A stretch of DNA of 40,041 bases. Source: Sphaerodactylus townsendi (taxonomy: Eukaryota). Shown here one piece after another: positions 24,564-36,032 of the stretch. The number at the start of each line of letters is the position of its first letter. Positions within the stretch are counted from its first letter, which is position 1. The stretch lies in NCBI RefSeq assembly GCF_021028975.2, contig NC_059429.1:73780001-73820041 (forward strand). The letters run 5' to 3'. Made by a program: the position numbers and the translations under genes. The notes beneath the pieces were generated by a model. It did not search any database and was not told the origin of the DNA. It saw only the letters and a list, made by a program, of their open reading frames with translations.

Positions 24564-25297
24564 GGTACAAAAGGAATGAAATTCAGTTTCGGCATCAGGG
24601 GAATAAACCTGGGCAAGAGTTGTCCATTGTTATTCAGTTCGTAAAACCGTGCTGTTATTACTGCTGCCTCTCACTGAAGACTCCTGCATAGAATAGTTTC
24701 TTGTAACTAAAACAATGAGCTCCTACATCACTAGCCTGTTTTCTTCACAGGTTGGCTTTCTAAAAGGATGGCAGCGTACCGAGTAGCTCTTGCCAGCAAA
24801 TAGCTTCTGTGAGCAATAGAGCCTTTGTACCAAATCTTTCTGCATACCAAAAAGGAAGCCTCTAATCCTACCAATATAGATGGCCTTCCCAGCACTATCC
24901 CGTGCTTCAAAACTTCATTTAGTCCACTTACACCTAAGGCCTTCAGGAACCCCACTCCTCCTCCACAATTAAGCTCCATTGGTTTATCAATGGAAGAGGT
25001 TCACAGGCATTATTCCCTGGAATTTTCAGTCCTGAAAACACCACAGAGAAACTGGGTTAGAGCTGAAGTTCTATACTAGTTCAAATATTTTATAGTTCAG
25101 GCAGCTAAGTCAAGGGTAGTAGACAGAGGAGATGTGATATTTAAGGTAGTGTTTCATGTTGCTGTTTCAGTGGATATGGAGACAGTGAAATGGACAAACT
25201 ATGAGTTCTACTAGCTGTTATAACCAAATTCTTTCCAAAAAAACCAAGAGTCTAGCCACATAGCTATTAAAGATTTAACAATAAGGGTACAGAGTAG

Positions 25298-25303
25298 TTT
25301 AAT
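25298..25303 (-). promoter_or_regulatory. Candidate proximal TOE1 polyA signal (ATTAAA)
   Basis: ATTAAA on - about 160 nt after the stop, with a GT/T-rich element downstream. Confidence 0.45.
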
Positions 25304-25461
25304 TGTGCAGACATTTTAAAACAGCCACATATAGCATGTTCCCATGAAGTTGTCTATTGAAGCCTATAGAACTGCACTTGCTTGTAGCTACAGGTGGAGC
25401 ACTCAACTCTCCCCCCACGCCTCCCCCAACAGTACTAATCTAGAATCTGTTGAGAGGGCTT

Positions 25462-26229
25462 CTAGCTCAAGGTATTGGACCAAGCCAATTTCATCTTCTG
25501 GCTATGAGCCTTAGAAGATTTAGAGAACAAACTTTTCACAATATGAAGAGGCACAGACTTCCCACTGAGGTACAGTTTGTTGTGACAGTCTGGCAACCAA
25601 GTACCTCCACCTGAGTCTGTGTGCTCATCATTCTTGAGCATATGGACATATGCCATGATGTAACCAGTCATGAAGGCGTCAAAGCCAGCCCGGTGAATTC
25701 CCCCTTCTGAACAGTTAGGCAGGTGTGCCAATGGCTTTGATGTGGTAGGTGAGGAGGTCACTGCAGAAATACTCTGCAGCTGTCCTTTGGGCCCCAGTTC
25801 CTCAGTCCCTGCTGCCCTTTCCTCCTGCTGATCTTTGGATGGTAGTGAAGTGCTGTCCTCATTGTGTTCCTCATCCATCTTGGAATCGGCTGCACTGTCA
25901 AAGCCCAATTCTCGTTCCACATCCATAGAGCTCTCCTCGTTACCAGACTCAGGCTCTGGGCCTGTGCAATCCACATGAAGAGTAACTGCACTGCCAGGAC
26001 AGGACTGTTTGGAAGGGGGTCCATTCTCCGTATTCCGAGCTACCTCTCCATCCTTATCAAGGCTATCCAACTCAGGTTCCTTTGGGAACGCCTCGAGATT
26101 CTTCCGACGTTTCCATTTCTGCTTCCTTTTCTTCCTCCTCTGTTCTTTGACAATCTCATCTTCACTAATGATTAAATCAATGTTGTGTGACTGTGAACAC
26201 TTCAGCCCATCTGGACACCAGCCATAGGC
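25462..26229 (-). CDS. TOE1: TOE1 last coding exon (C3H zinc finger, basic NLS, C-terminal DEDD motif)
   Basis: tccag|AYGWCPDGLKCSQSH completes C-x8-C-x5-C-x3-H; RRKKRKQKWKRRK; HRAGFDAFMTGY; WLPDCHNKLYLSGK; total CDS 1611 nt = 536 aa. Confidence 0.97.
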   Translation of the reverse strand, partial: AYGWCPDGLKCSQSHNIDLIISEDEIVKEQRRKKRKQKWKRRKNLEAFPKEPELDSLDKDGEVARNTENGPPSKQSCPGSAVTLHVDCTGPEPESGNEESSMDVERELGFDSAADSKMDEEHNEDSTSLPSKDQQEERAAGTEELGPKGQLQSISAVTSSPTTSKPLAHLPNCSEGGIHRAGFDAFMTGYIMAYVHMLKNDEHTDSGGGTWLPDCHNKLYLSGKSVPLHIVKSLFSKSSKAHSQKMKLAWSNTLS

Positions 26230-27425
26230 CTGGAGGGGAAGTCAGAACCATTAGTAAGGATAACAAAGTGAGCCTCAGTTTCTACACTAACATCTAAGCA
26301 TTTCTTTACGACTGATGTGAGGAAATGGTTTTACAGACCTCATTTCTGCCCATCTGGGAACTTGAAAACTATATGGTCAATTAGGGTGAAACCTCACCCT
26401 AATAAACTAAGGTTTATTATGGTCAATTCAGCTCCCTGCCCAGTGAGTCCTGCCCCCTTCATTACTCCCAGTGTAACTGGCTTTCCTCTCCGGGTCACTT
26501 CTGCCAGCTGCTAGCCTTTAAAAGTATATAATAAAGGACAAGTGCTCTTTGTTGCTCTGTTGCCCTTTGGGGGGTTATCTTTCTTTTCTGTTAAGCAAGA
26601 CTTTTCTATCTGCGGGTCTTCCCTGACTAGGTCATCTGCATATCTAAGGAGCTGACTGGGTCATGTGCTGGGATACGTCACACTCACCCTTGTGTACTTC
26701 CTAGCTTACAAAAGCCACATAGCAGTCTGAGCATGTACAGACAGAAGACTCAGTGTGACTTTCATCAAAATTCTGGTGTGTAAGGCATTTCACCAGAATT
26801 GAGATCTAATCATTCTTACTCCCTGAAAAACAACAAATAAGAATATGGACCTTTCAGCCTCCCTAGTTATCTCAGAGATGTCCCTGATTAGTAAAGATAG
26901 TACTTTTCCAAAGACAGATTCTATCCTTTAACGAATCTTAATGTCTGTAATCAAGATGTACCATTGCATAAGGACGAAAATTTCTGTCCACTTTGATCCA
27001 GACCACTAGTCGGGGCAGTTCAGACACAAGATCTGGAAGAAAGTAGTAAGCTAGATCAGGGGTATTCAATCTTTTTGCGTTGGTGGGTAACTTTGGAATT
27101 TTGAGGCAGGGTGGCAGGTGCTACAGCAAAATCTAAGCACAATATATCTGGCACAGGAGGAAGAGCTAAGCGCGCGCGCACAAGGGGTAGTGGGATGGGA
27201 ACTATAAACACACAGAAGAAGAAAATGGAAGGGGCAAGGGGAGGATAAAACACATAGGCAAGAAGACAACAAAGACCAGGGAAGAGAGAAGACACACACA
27301 CACAAGCAGCCCAAGGGGCAGGGATGAGTTTTAAATAACAATGTCTTATTGACCCTGCCATCATTCTGTGTATGTTCCAGCAGCTATCCAGGCACAGCAT
27401 GAAGAAATCAAGCTCCTCCTCAAAG

Positions 27426-27466
27426 TGGCTGTTGTGGGTTTTCCAGGCTATGTGGCCATGGTCTGG
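27426..27466 (-). mobile_element. 41-bp Penelope-type insertion
   Basis: Similar to 21436-21475; flanked by a 12-bp direct repeat TCCTCCTCAAAG. Confidence 0.65.
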
Positions 27467-28018
27467 TCCTCCTCAAAGGTTAAGGAGTAAATTGGAGACA
27501 TGCTTGACTTGCTGCACCTGATGGGCTGCTGGGGGCAGGGAGGGACACACACAAGTCAAGGCAGGAAATAAAACATGTTTACTCCCTGCTCCTGCTTTGA
27601 GAAGTGCTGGTCTTCATCCTGCTGCACTCAGGCACATCAGGGTACTACTGCTGCTGCCTCATGACCTGCCCCCACTACCTCACAGCTGATTCGTGGGCCC
27701 TGTTACATGATCCCATATCTTTCTATAGTGAGCAGTAGGGAGGATCCAGGTGAACATCTCCTTTATTTGTATGAAGTCAGTCAGTCACTGATACTGATTT
27801 CTCAATGGCTCTGCTTGCTTTCCCAAACTACATGGTGGGGAGGTGCCTGTAGGCACCATGCTGAGGATCCTTGAGTTAGATCTTTCTCATCTTAGGTAGC
27901 AGCAACCCTTCCCAGAGGACACCCAAATCTCTGACACAGGCATCTGCTTTTTCCAGCTTCCAGGCTGTGAAATTTAACTGTTCTATGCTGATAGAAAAGA
28001 GACAAAAATGCTACATAC

Positions 28019-28193
28019 AGAAAATGTCTGGCAGATGGGAATCTTGTTAGCTGTATCAATCCCAAGCTGACTGGCATCAGACAAGGAGCAGAAGCGGTAG
28101 TCGATGTAGGAAGCTATGTTGGCAGGATAGTTGCAAAACTCTACGTTGAGATGCTGTTTTTTGGCATCCTTCAACCTGCAGTTTTCCCGTTTG
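28019..28193 (-). CDS. TOE1: TOE1 coding exon 6
   Basis: tccag|(C)KRENCRLKDAKKQHLNVEFCNYP...IPICQTFS|gtatgt; 175 nt. Confidence 0.94.
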
Positions 28194-28667
28194 CTGGAAT
28201 GCAAGGGCTGCATTAGAATTTGAGTGGTAGGATGCAGTACAGCAATGAAAACCATAGCCATGAGACTTGACTCTTCTTGTCTATATACAGCTACCTCTCT
28301 ACACGTAAAAAAATCTTATTAGTTGGGACAGGAGAGAGAATCAGACTGTTGAATACACCTCTACTAATATTTAGAGGGAAAAAACAGCAGCAAGATGCAA
28401 GACAGCTTATCAGTGTAAATGCATCTCATCTAATCTTATTGCCCAAAAGATCAGTTCCAGTTGACAGAAAAATCCTGTTTAGCTACCATTTAACATCAAG
28501 ATCAACATATGCTCCCCAGCCAGCTTACTGAAGACATTATCAAGGCAGCCAGTTCCTGAACAAACTGTTCTGACATCAAAAATCAGTATTGTAGCCTGTA
28601 GCTAACTTCTCCCTGCTTCAACCATTGCCAAGGTGCTGACTGCTAAAATCTGAGAAGAGATACATAC

Positions 28668-28927
28668 CACTTTTTGTAGGCATACTCTAGGTAGGAGGCC
28701 ACAAAGCGAGCCTCAAACTCAGAGGCATACTTCGTGTCATAGATACCAGCTGGGAACATCTCAGAAAGATCAGCAGTGAAGGTGCCTAAATTGTCAGGTA
28801 GGTGAGCATAGAAGCACTGGTACAAGAAAACCATATCAATTAAGCCATTGTGTAGAATCAGTGGCTTCCTGGCTCGGATGAGTTCCAGAAAAAAAGTACG
28901 GACTGTCTGGCTCTGGTTTTCATTTCC
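28668..28927 (-). CDS. TOE1: TOE1 coding exon 5
   Basis: cacag|[44 protein letters not shown]...YLEYAYKK|gtatgt; 260 nt. Confidence 0.96.
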
Positions 28928-29211
28928 CTGTGAAAAGAGAAAGAAAAATGTTAACTAATCTGCATTCAACTCCTGCAGTAGAGAAATTTATCTTGCAGAA
29001 GATCCATCCCATATGCTGGCGTTAAGAGAGAACACCAGAAAATAAGTGAGGGGCAGGATGCAGCTCTTCCCAACATATCAAGTGAAACAAGTATAATTTA
29101 AATTGGAGAATAAACCCATCTCTGGCCCTGTAACTACCAAGTAAAGCACTGACTTTACTACTTCTAGAGGAACCTTCTACTTAAAACTCACAGACAGCGG
29201 AGGTCTGCATT

Positions 29212-29500
29212 TCTTTGTCCAATTTCTGGTTGAACACCTCCAAGGAAGGAGAACTCACAACATCCCTGGGCAATCAATTCCATCACTAAACTGCCCTTCT
29301 TGTCAAAAAAATTTTCATAGTATCATGCCAATATCTCATAATTTAAACCTATTATTATGGGTTCTATCCTCCACTACCAACTGAAATAGAGATCTACTGT
29401 TTTCTAAATGGCAGCTCTTCAAATACTTTTTAAAAATGTAATCAGATCCCTCCTTAACCTCCTCCAGGATGAACATTCCCAGTTCATGCAGCTTTTCTTT
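29212..29500 (-). mobile_element. CR1 LINE fragment
   Basis: Minus ORF 29336-29521 (LHELGMFILEE...LFQLVVEDRTHNNRFKL) is a degenerate CR1 ORF2 end. Confidence 0.75.
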
Positions 29501-29511
29501 TTTGCGAGGCT

Positions 29512-29596
29512 TACAGTGCAATCCTAAAGAAAGTTACTCCAGTCTAAGGCCACTCATTTCAATGAGCTTAGACTGGAACCTTAGGATTGCTTTGTT
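29512..29596. repeat. Short palindromic MITE-like repeat
   Basis: gcaatcctaa..ccagtctaag...cttagactgg..ttaggattgc. Confidence 0.65.
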
Positions 29597-29891
29597 AGTC
29601 TCCAAAGCTCTTAATAGGACACTCTAACCTACTACCATACTTTTTTATTCCTTTTGGTCCTCACTGCCCCCTGAATTAGTCTATAATATAAATTACAGGA
29701 ATCTGTCATTCCTGTTAATATCTAGAAGGCACACCCCTTTCAGCTGCATGTTATGGAAGAAGGATTTCTACAAGAATGTCTGCTGCACAGGAAGCCCACT
29801 TCCACCCAACGGCAGGTGCTTTCTTCTGAGACAGAAGGCCTCCTAAAACAAATAGCTAACCACGACAGTTCAGAATTTCCATACTCAATAC

Positions 29892-30050
29892 CTTGTCATT
29901 GCCTTTATGATAAGGAATGCCCTGTGAATACTGCTTGTTGAAGTCAAATCCATGTTGCACAAGAAATTGAACTGACTGTGGTTCAATGATGTATTCCTCC
30001 ATACACAGCAGAGTCAAATTGTAGATCTGGGAGAGGTAAGTTTTTTCCAA
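29892..30050 (-). CDS. TOE1: TOE1 coding exon 4
   Basis: tatag|[53 protein letters not shown]|gtattg. Confidence 0.96.
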
Positions 30051-30420
30051 CTATAACACAAGCCAGAACAATGAGATTGAAAACTGGGCAATAGAAAGAG
30101 TGTGACAGCTTAGTCACAGCTTAGTTATTAATTAGTCCTGTCCTTATTGTTTAGAACCAATCCTGGTAGCAAAATGCCCCATGTCTGCAGTCACTCTCTA
30201 AGGCTTTTCTTCATACATGAAAAGCTCCTTATAACATTATAACAATTCTCATGAACCACTCCCCCCCAAAAAAAACTCCTCTTACAAATGCCTCTCACTC
30301 AAGCCTCTAAGAATTAAGCGAGCAGTATCACAAAAAGCTGAACTTCTTAGCATGACCTACTAATGCTCTCACCCTCAGAAATAAGCACAGTAGATGAATG
30401 CCACAAGATGAGCAATATAC

Positions 30421-30517
30421 CTTATCAGGTAGCTGTTTGAAACAAGCAATTCCTAACGATAAGATAGAGCGTGTTCTAGCAGCATTGCATACAGCTTTGT
30501 ACCGTTCTTCAATGCAC
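30421..30517 (-). CDS. TOE1: TOE1 coding exon 3
   Basis: cacag|[32 protein letters not shown]|gtatat. Confidence 0.96.
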
Positions 30518-30940
30518 CTGTGTAGAAAGACATTCAATATCTTACAGGAAGCAAACTCAGTCGCAGGAAACTTTCCTAAGCTTCCCTATTTGTGAGATAT
30601 TTCCCCATCCAATTAAATTAAACAGATTCTTCACTGTGTAGAAGGTAGCCTCTCTACATATGTGGTGATATAGCCAAAGAAATACTGGTGAAAGGGAAGT
30701 AGATAGCTTCACAGCCAGCAGAGTTGTCACTAGGACGAGATTAATTACTCAGAGTGAACAATCCCAACTGTTCCCAACAAGAAACCTGATGGAAGCATCC
30801 TCAACCAAACTTTGGTACTGAGAAAAAGACAAAGGCTCCAGACAATTATAGAAAGCAATCTCTACTTCCAAAACAGTTACTTTCCAGAAGAACTGCAAGA
30901 ATTTGCTTTATGAAGAAGACAGCAATAGCATATTACTTAC

Positions 30941-30981
30941 TGGTTTAACAAACTCTTTCTTGTTCCAAGCCCACTAAGTTC
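30941..30981 (-). CDS. TOE1: TOE1 coding exon 2
   Basis: catag|ELSGLGTRKSLLN(Q)|gtaagt; 41 nt; completes the DxE motif of the DEDD nuclease. Confidence 0.95.
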
Positions 30982-31199
30982 CTATGGACACAAAAAAAGA
31001 ACAAGATTTTTGAAGTTGGAAATAGGTTTTTAGTTGAATATTACCACCAACCCACACACAGTCCTTTTCATATGACTCAGAAGAAGCTTTCCTGCAACTA
31101 TAGTATGCCACCTTAAATTCTTCATTTACTAAAAGCGCTCTGCCAATTCAGAATGGCCCAGAAGAACACTCCAAATGACTGATCTAAGCTTAATTCTTT

Positions 31200-31377
31200 A
31201 GGTTGCATTCAGTTTTTCTGCAGTTGATCAAAAGGTGGGATCCCCTCAGACCATTCAAAAAAGGCTATGGTGGGGATCACAGGACATAAATATACAAAAG
31301 CAACATGGAATGAATGGGGACTATAGGAGGGAGAGAGTTTGGTAAGATTCAGTGAAAACACTGGCTGGATCTAACCC
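31200..31377. repeat. Old interspersed repeat (MITE-like), related to 12564-12740
   Basis: Termini ggttgcattcag / ctggatctaaccc; similarity to 12564-12740. Confidence 0.5.
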
Positions 31378-31551
31378 TTTCTCTAAAAAAAACCCAAAAC
31401 ACAGCTGGAGATAATAGCATCGCCTTTCCAAACCACAACAAAAGCAGCCAGCATCCAATATTTTTCAGTGACTGCCTTATTTCACACAACTTCACTGTTC
31501 AAGTGCACGCATGCGCACACTTTAGTAAGTCACCCTAGAATGGCTACTTAC

Positions 31552-31662
31552 CGTATCAAGAGCAATGAAAGTAGAAGTTTTGATGGCCAAGAGCATAGAT
31601 GGCCAGAGCTCCTTGAAGTTATCATTCTGGACATCAATTACTGGCACCCTGAAGGAAGTCAT
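31552..31662 (-). CDS. TOE1: TOE1 first coding exon (exon begins at 31672)
   Basis: tacag|CTGTGTGAGG-ATG; [37 protein letters not shown]|gtaagt. Confidence 0.93.
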
Positions 31663-31749
31663 CCTCACACAGCTGTAGGAATCAAGCAGTAAACCGTACA
31701 TGATTTTAAAAAGTAGACTAATATTGCTATTGAAGAAATCAGTGCCCAA

Positions 31750-32820
31750 AGCCAACGCTCCCGACCAGGGGCTGCCACTTAGCTACCTCAGATAAGAAAG
31801 AAAATTCATACAACTTGGGCACACCACTTCCGGCTAAAGCCGCTAAAATGCATTTTCTTACCTCCAGAGATCCACCACTACCCATTACAACTCCACCATC
31901 TCCTGTCGATGACTTCTTCCGGCGCATGGTGCTGTCAAAAGGTCCTTCTCTCGAAGCGGCTCCCGGACGAAGCTGCCCGAGCGAGTGCCTGCAAAAACAT
32001 GCTTTGGAGCCTCGTTTTGAGAGCTGCTGCAGATTTTTTCAGATATGTCTGACAGCCACACTGAACTGGGATATTCTGACATCCCGCGCCTTGTGTATAC
32101 ACGGCATCATCAGGGACATCCCCCTAAACATCCTAGTAAATTAAACGGGATTCACTGCTAAATGCGAGTCCATAGGACTGGCGCTTTACAACGCAACATG
32201 ATGTATGTTTACTCACAACTAAGTCGCCACTCTGCCTAATGAAATTTATAAAATAGCACCGAATAGTCCAGTCCACGTCCATTGAATTGCGTGGTTTTAA
32301 ACTGGAGTTCCTTTGCACGAGTTTACGCTGCTGATTTGCTCAGGCGTTTAGTGAGGACGGAGCGACCCAAAAGTAAACTTTCCTTTCGCAAGCGGAAAAC
32401 TAGAATATGAAGATTTTTTCCCCCTCTGCTCGGACATGGCGCTGATTGGCCACGTATGTCCCACCCGTTGTCCTTGCATACGTCAAAGGTAGACTTGATC
32501 TGATTGGCTCTGTGCTGTTCAGGTTGGAGAGGCAACATGTGGCGGGAACGAAAAGAAAGAAACAAAAAGAGACGCAGGTAGAAGTTTGAGATTGTTGTGG
32601 GCTTGTCCATCACCAGTCCGAGAGCGCTTGTGCTGCGTTGCCTCTGTGCGTGTTACAAGTTGCGCTTGCAGAAAAATGAAATGGGAAGTGATGTTTTTGA
32701 ATTCTCCCTTCTGTTTTTTAAACATCTAGATTTGTTGGACTACAGTTGGATCCTCTTGATGTTAACGTCTTGAAGTTTCCCTCTCCCCCTATAGTATTCC
32801 GTGTACCAGGCGGAAGTGGT
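31750..32820. promoter_or_regulatory. CpG-enriched bidirectional promoter of TOE1 and MUTYH
   Basis: Local CpG enrichment between divergent genes; ETS-type CACTTCCGG (~31825) and GGCGGAAGTG (~32809); YY1-like ACATGGCG (32434); CCAAT boxes (ATTGG at 32445 and 32503); E2F-type TGGCGGGAA (32540). Confidence 0.8.
31862..31930 (-). other. TOE1: Probable non-coding exon 1 of TOE1 (5' end approximate)
   Basis: Strong donor GAG|gtaaga at 31862/31861 next to a CCGGAAG motif; an in-frame stop lies upstream of the main ATG. Confidence 0.55.
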
Positions 32821-33088
32821 ACAATATGCTGCATTCCTAGAATAATGATAGTGGACTGTCCAATTCTACCTTTGCAATGCACAGTTTCCTGTAGACTTGT
32901 GGGATTGTGTTAGTGGAAATCAGTTGTGTTCTTGGTTTCTATTCCCATATTGCAATCTGTTTTAGAAGAGCATAGGCTAGAAAAACACATAGAAAATCAT
33001 GTATGCTGCTGGTTTTGTACTTGAAGAGGAGAGAGGAGTGTGATGATCTCCTAACAGTAACGTACCTTCTTCTTTTCCTAGCCTGGCA

Positions 33089-33197
33089 ATGAGTACAATT
33101 CAGATGGCAACACGCAGCAAGCAAGGAATACATCGGGGCACTGGCAAACGACAAAAATCACCAAGGAAATGTGGTGAAAGTATCATGCTCCACAAAG
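33089..33197 (+). CDS. MUTYH: MUTYH first clear coding exon (exon begins at 33082)
   Basis: Polypyrimidine-ctag|CCTGGCA-ATG; basic MSTIQMATRSKQGIHRGTGKRQKSPRKCGESIMLHK; phase-1 donor gtgctg (alternative phase-1 donor after 33173); poorly conserved, assigned by position and phase. Confidence 0.65.
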
Positions 33198-34089
33198 GTG
33201 CTGGACTACCAAAGTATCTTGTCCAATACCACAACAATCATGTTGTGTAGAAATTAGGAGAGGAAGAATCTTTGGGGCCCTGTTTTCATTTTGAGTTCAT
33301 CTTTAGATTCCAATTCCTGAGCTCTCTTTAATTTGTACATTACTTACATATTCTAATGGAAAATTGGAGAATGATGTGAAGTTAATATATGACTGCCTTG
33401 GGGGCTTTTTCCTAGTTAGGTGTTTAGAGTGTGTGTGTGTATTTCAATGGCGATTTGATTTCAGTATTTCAGTGTAGATTTGATTTCAATCAAATCAATT
33501 TAAATCACGGTTTTCTGTATAAAGACTCATTCTTGCTGGTATAATCTTAATATTTACAACCAGATGAAGGTTTTGTTTGTAGAATAATAACTGTTCAGAT
33601 TTAATTTTAAAGTTATATCAAGATTTACTGATTTGGTTATACTATTAGAAATGTATAAATAATTATGATATCATTGCAAGGGGAACCATTTCCAAATTCA
33701 TTTGGACCAATAGGCCTTGCATTTCTTTGTTGCCGTGTTTGCATTTTGCATGCATGCATGCCTTACCCATAAGTAGATGAACTTTGTTAAAACATTCCCA
33801 AAAGGAGTCTCTTTTATGGCGTGCTGCCATTATTTTCTCCTTCAGGGAGAAAATAATATGATAAACCTCAGGCTATACACACAAAGATCCCAAGGCTTGT
33901 GGAGTATTCAGCTCAAGAGATTTCACTTTCATTTTTACAGGTAGTGAGCACCACCATAAAATAGCTGCTATAAGTGACTGTGACCAATCACAAAATGTTG
34001 GGTGGTTCCAAGCCAAGTGCTCTTCTGTACTGTAAGATGATATTTCCAAATGAGGGTTCCCTACTGTGGGGAACTGAAGAACAACCAGT

Positions 34090-34820
34090 TTGTGACAAGA
34101 GGAGGCAAGTCTCCTCTGAACCAATTAAGTTACTTCAAGGATTGTTGAACTTAACCTACCCAACCCTTGACTTCTTAAATACCTATCACTGCCACCAGCA
34201 GGGCCCTCATTTTAACCAGAAGGAATCGTGCAAGCTCCTGGATAAACTATTAGGAATTATTTCTGTGTGTTCCATGACACTGGCAATACCAGCCCCGTTA
34301 GTAAACAAAACCAATTCCTGTTTCAGTCACACATAGCCGAGTCTAGGGATTGCAAGAAGAAGTTAAATGACTTCACTTATAACTCCTAATTCATATTAAC
34401 AAGCAAAAATAACAGAAACCATGGGTTCTTTATTGCTATAAACAAACAATTGGAGACGTTGTAACTTGTTTAGAACACAAGGCAGAGTAAGCAGAATTGT
34501 ATCAAAGCACAACAGGGACAAAAATAGCTAGTCTGACCTTTCTGATCCTCACTAAAACCTCTCCCCAATCTCATCCTTTACCAGCCAGAGTCTCACCAGC
34601 AAAATCCCAACTGCCTCTTCTTGTCAGTCATTAAAAACAGAAGTCCAACTACCTTTCACTCTGATTGGTGGAGAGCCATCAATGGAAGAATTCCAAGAGG
34701 CATCCTGTATATCACCAGGCTGGTTGGTGCCAATACTAATCAATATAGGCAGCAGGCTTATATAGGTCAATAGAGGGGAGGGATTTTGCCTTGAAAATCC
34801 ATCATGCCTGCAAACACAAA
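34090..34820 (-). mobile_element. Possible degenerate LTR/ERV remnant in a MUTYH intron
   Basis: Starts TGTGAC; minus-strand TATA-, CCAAT- and AATAAA-like motifs in LTR-like order; no TSD found. Confidence 0.3.
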
Positions 34821-35034
34821 TGTGATGCTTCTTAGGGTTTTCAGAAGCACTTCCTCACAGTGAGTTAAAGAAAAGTTAGGATTGGCTGATTGCTTTTGAG
34901 AAGGAGCAAGGGGGCACCAGGAAATACATCAGTGAGCAATATGAAGCAGGTGGGTACACATTGTGGATCAGTGGGCTATGGGTGACAGTTGTTGAGATTT
35001 GCATAAAAAACTAGCTATCCTTTTACTGTTGCAG

Positions 35035-35156
35035 GAGTGCCCAGCCAGCAGTCTTCATACCATACATTTAGCAGTGAAGTTGAAATCGAAATGTTTCAGA
35101 AAAGACTTCTTGCTTGGTACAATAAATGCAAACGGGACCTTCCTTGGAGAAAACTG
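35035..35156 (+). CDS. MUTYH: MUTYH exon
   Basis: tgcag|VPSQQSSYHTFSSEVEIEMFQKRLLAWYNKCKRDLPWRKL|gtatgc; MutY WY..RDLPWR motif. Confidence 0.95.
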
Positions 35157-35265
35157 GTATGCAATGTGCATATTCTAAGCAGCTCAGAAAAGAGCCTTTT
35201 TGAAAGGTTTGAGCAGTGGTTGCATTTGACCTTTTTCATGAATTCTCCTCTTCATGCTGTTACAG

Positions 35266-35305
35266 GCCACAGCTGAAACTGATTGTGACAGGCGAGCATA
35301 TGCTG
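35266..35305 (+). CDS. MUTYH: MUTYH exon
   Basis: tacag|ATAETDCDRRAYA|gtgaga; 40 nt. Confidence 0.94.
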
Positions 35306-35714
35306 GTGAGAGAGAACCTGAAAGAGTTTGACTGGGAGTTCCTGTCACTCATCTGTCTTTGTGCTGCTCTGGAGCTAACTGCACAAGCAATATATAAAAC
35401 AGTGTCCTCCTGGCAGCTTCGGGGGATCTATAGCCAGGGGTTGGGTAATCTGTTTCACTGCAGAGTAAATCACTAGGCTCAGTTAAAGTTATTTGGGGCC
35501 CCAACAAAAGCAAGATGGCATATTCATCAGGTCATGGCACGTGGTCATCCTCAGTTGCATACCCCTTTTGTAACTGAATGATTCTGAAATAGGCCACTAG
35601 TTTCCTGTCTGTTCATTAAGTAGCAGCATCTCCTGTTTGCTAGGCAAGACCCGGAACAGTCTGGAAGGAATTGGAGAATGCTTAGTGCTTACTGTTCTCT
35701 TTTTGTGTTTGCAG

Positions 35715-35788
35715 TGTGGGTATCAGAGATCATGCTTCAGCAGACTCAAGTGGCTTCTGTGATCAACTACTACAATCGCTGGATGCAG
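35715..35788 (+). CDS. MUTYH: MUTYH exon (catalytic Glu, SEIMLQQT)
   Basis: tgcag|[25 protein letters not shown]|gtgatg; 74 nt. Confidence 0.97.
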
Positions 35789-35908
35789 GTGATGCTAAAC
35801 TTTCTTGTGGCGCATTCTCACTTGCATTCACTTTTGGTTTCTGGGACAAGTCCTTCTGGTCTGTTTTGCACACCAGTAAACAAGCTTCCCTTTTTCTTTG
35901 TGATGCAG

Positions 35909-35950
35909 AAATGGCCAACCTTACAGGACTTGGCTGGAGCTTCACTAGAG
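35909..35950 (+). CDS. MUTYH: MUTYH exon
   Basis: tgcag|[14 protein letters not shown]|gtaaga; 42 nt. Confidence 0.96.
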
Positions 35951-36032
35951 GTAAGAAAGAGAATGCAGGAGAGAGTGATTTTCTTTCCCCAGGTTCAGGT
36001 TTCCCATAACGTCTCCTTCTGTTTGGAAATAG

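Noticed and set aside
25758-26227. Alternative-frame and antisense ORFs over the TOE1 last exon
   Set aside because: Shadow frames with no independent evidence.
26300-26900. Possible interspersed repeat in the last TOE1 intron
   Set aside because: Repeat-like, but no TIR, TSD or second copy visible in the window.
33440-33680. GATTT(C/A)AATC-rich stretch, possible hAT remnant
   Set aside because: No termini or TSD found; too degenerate to call.
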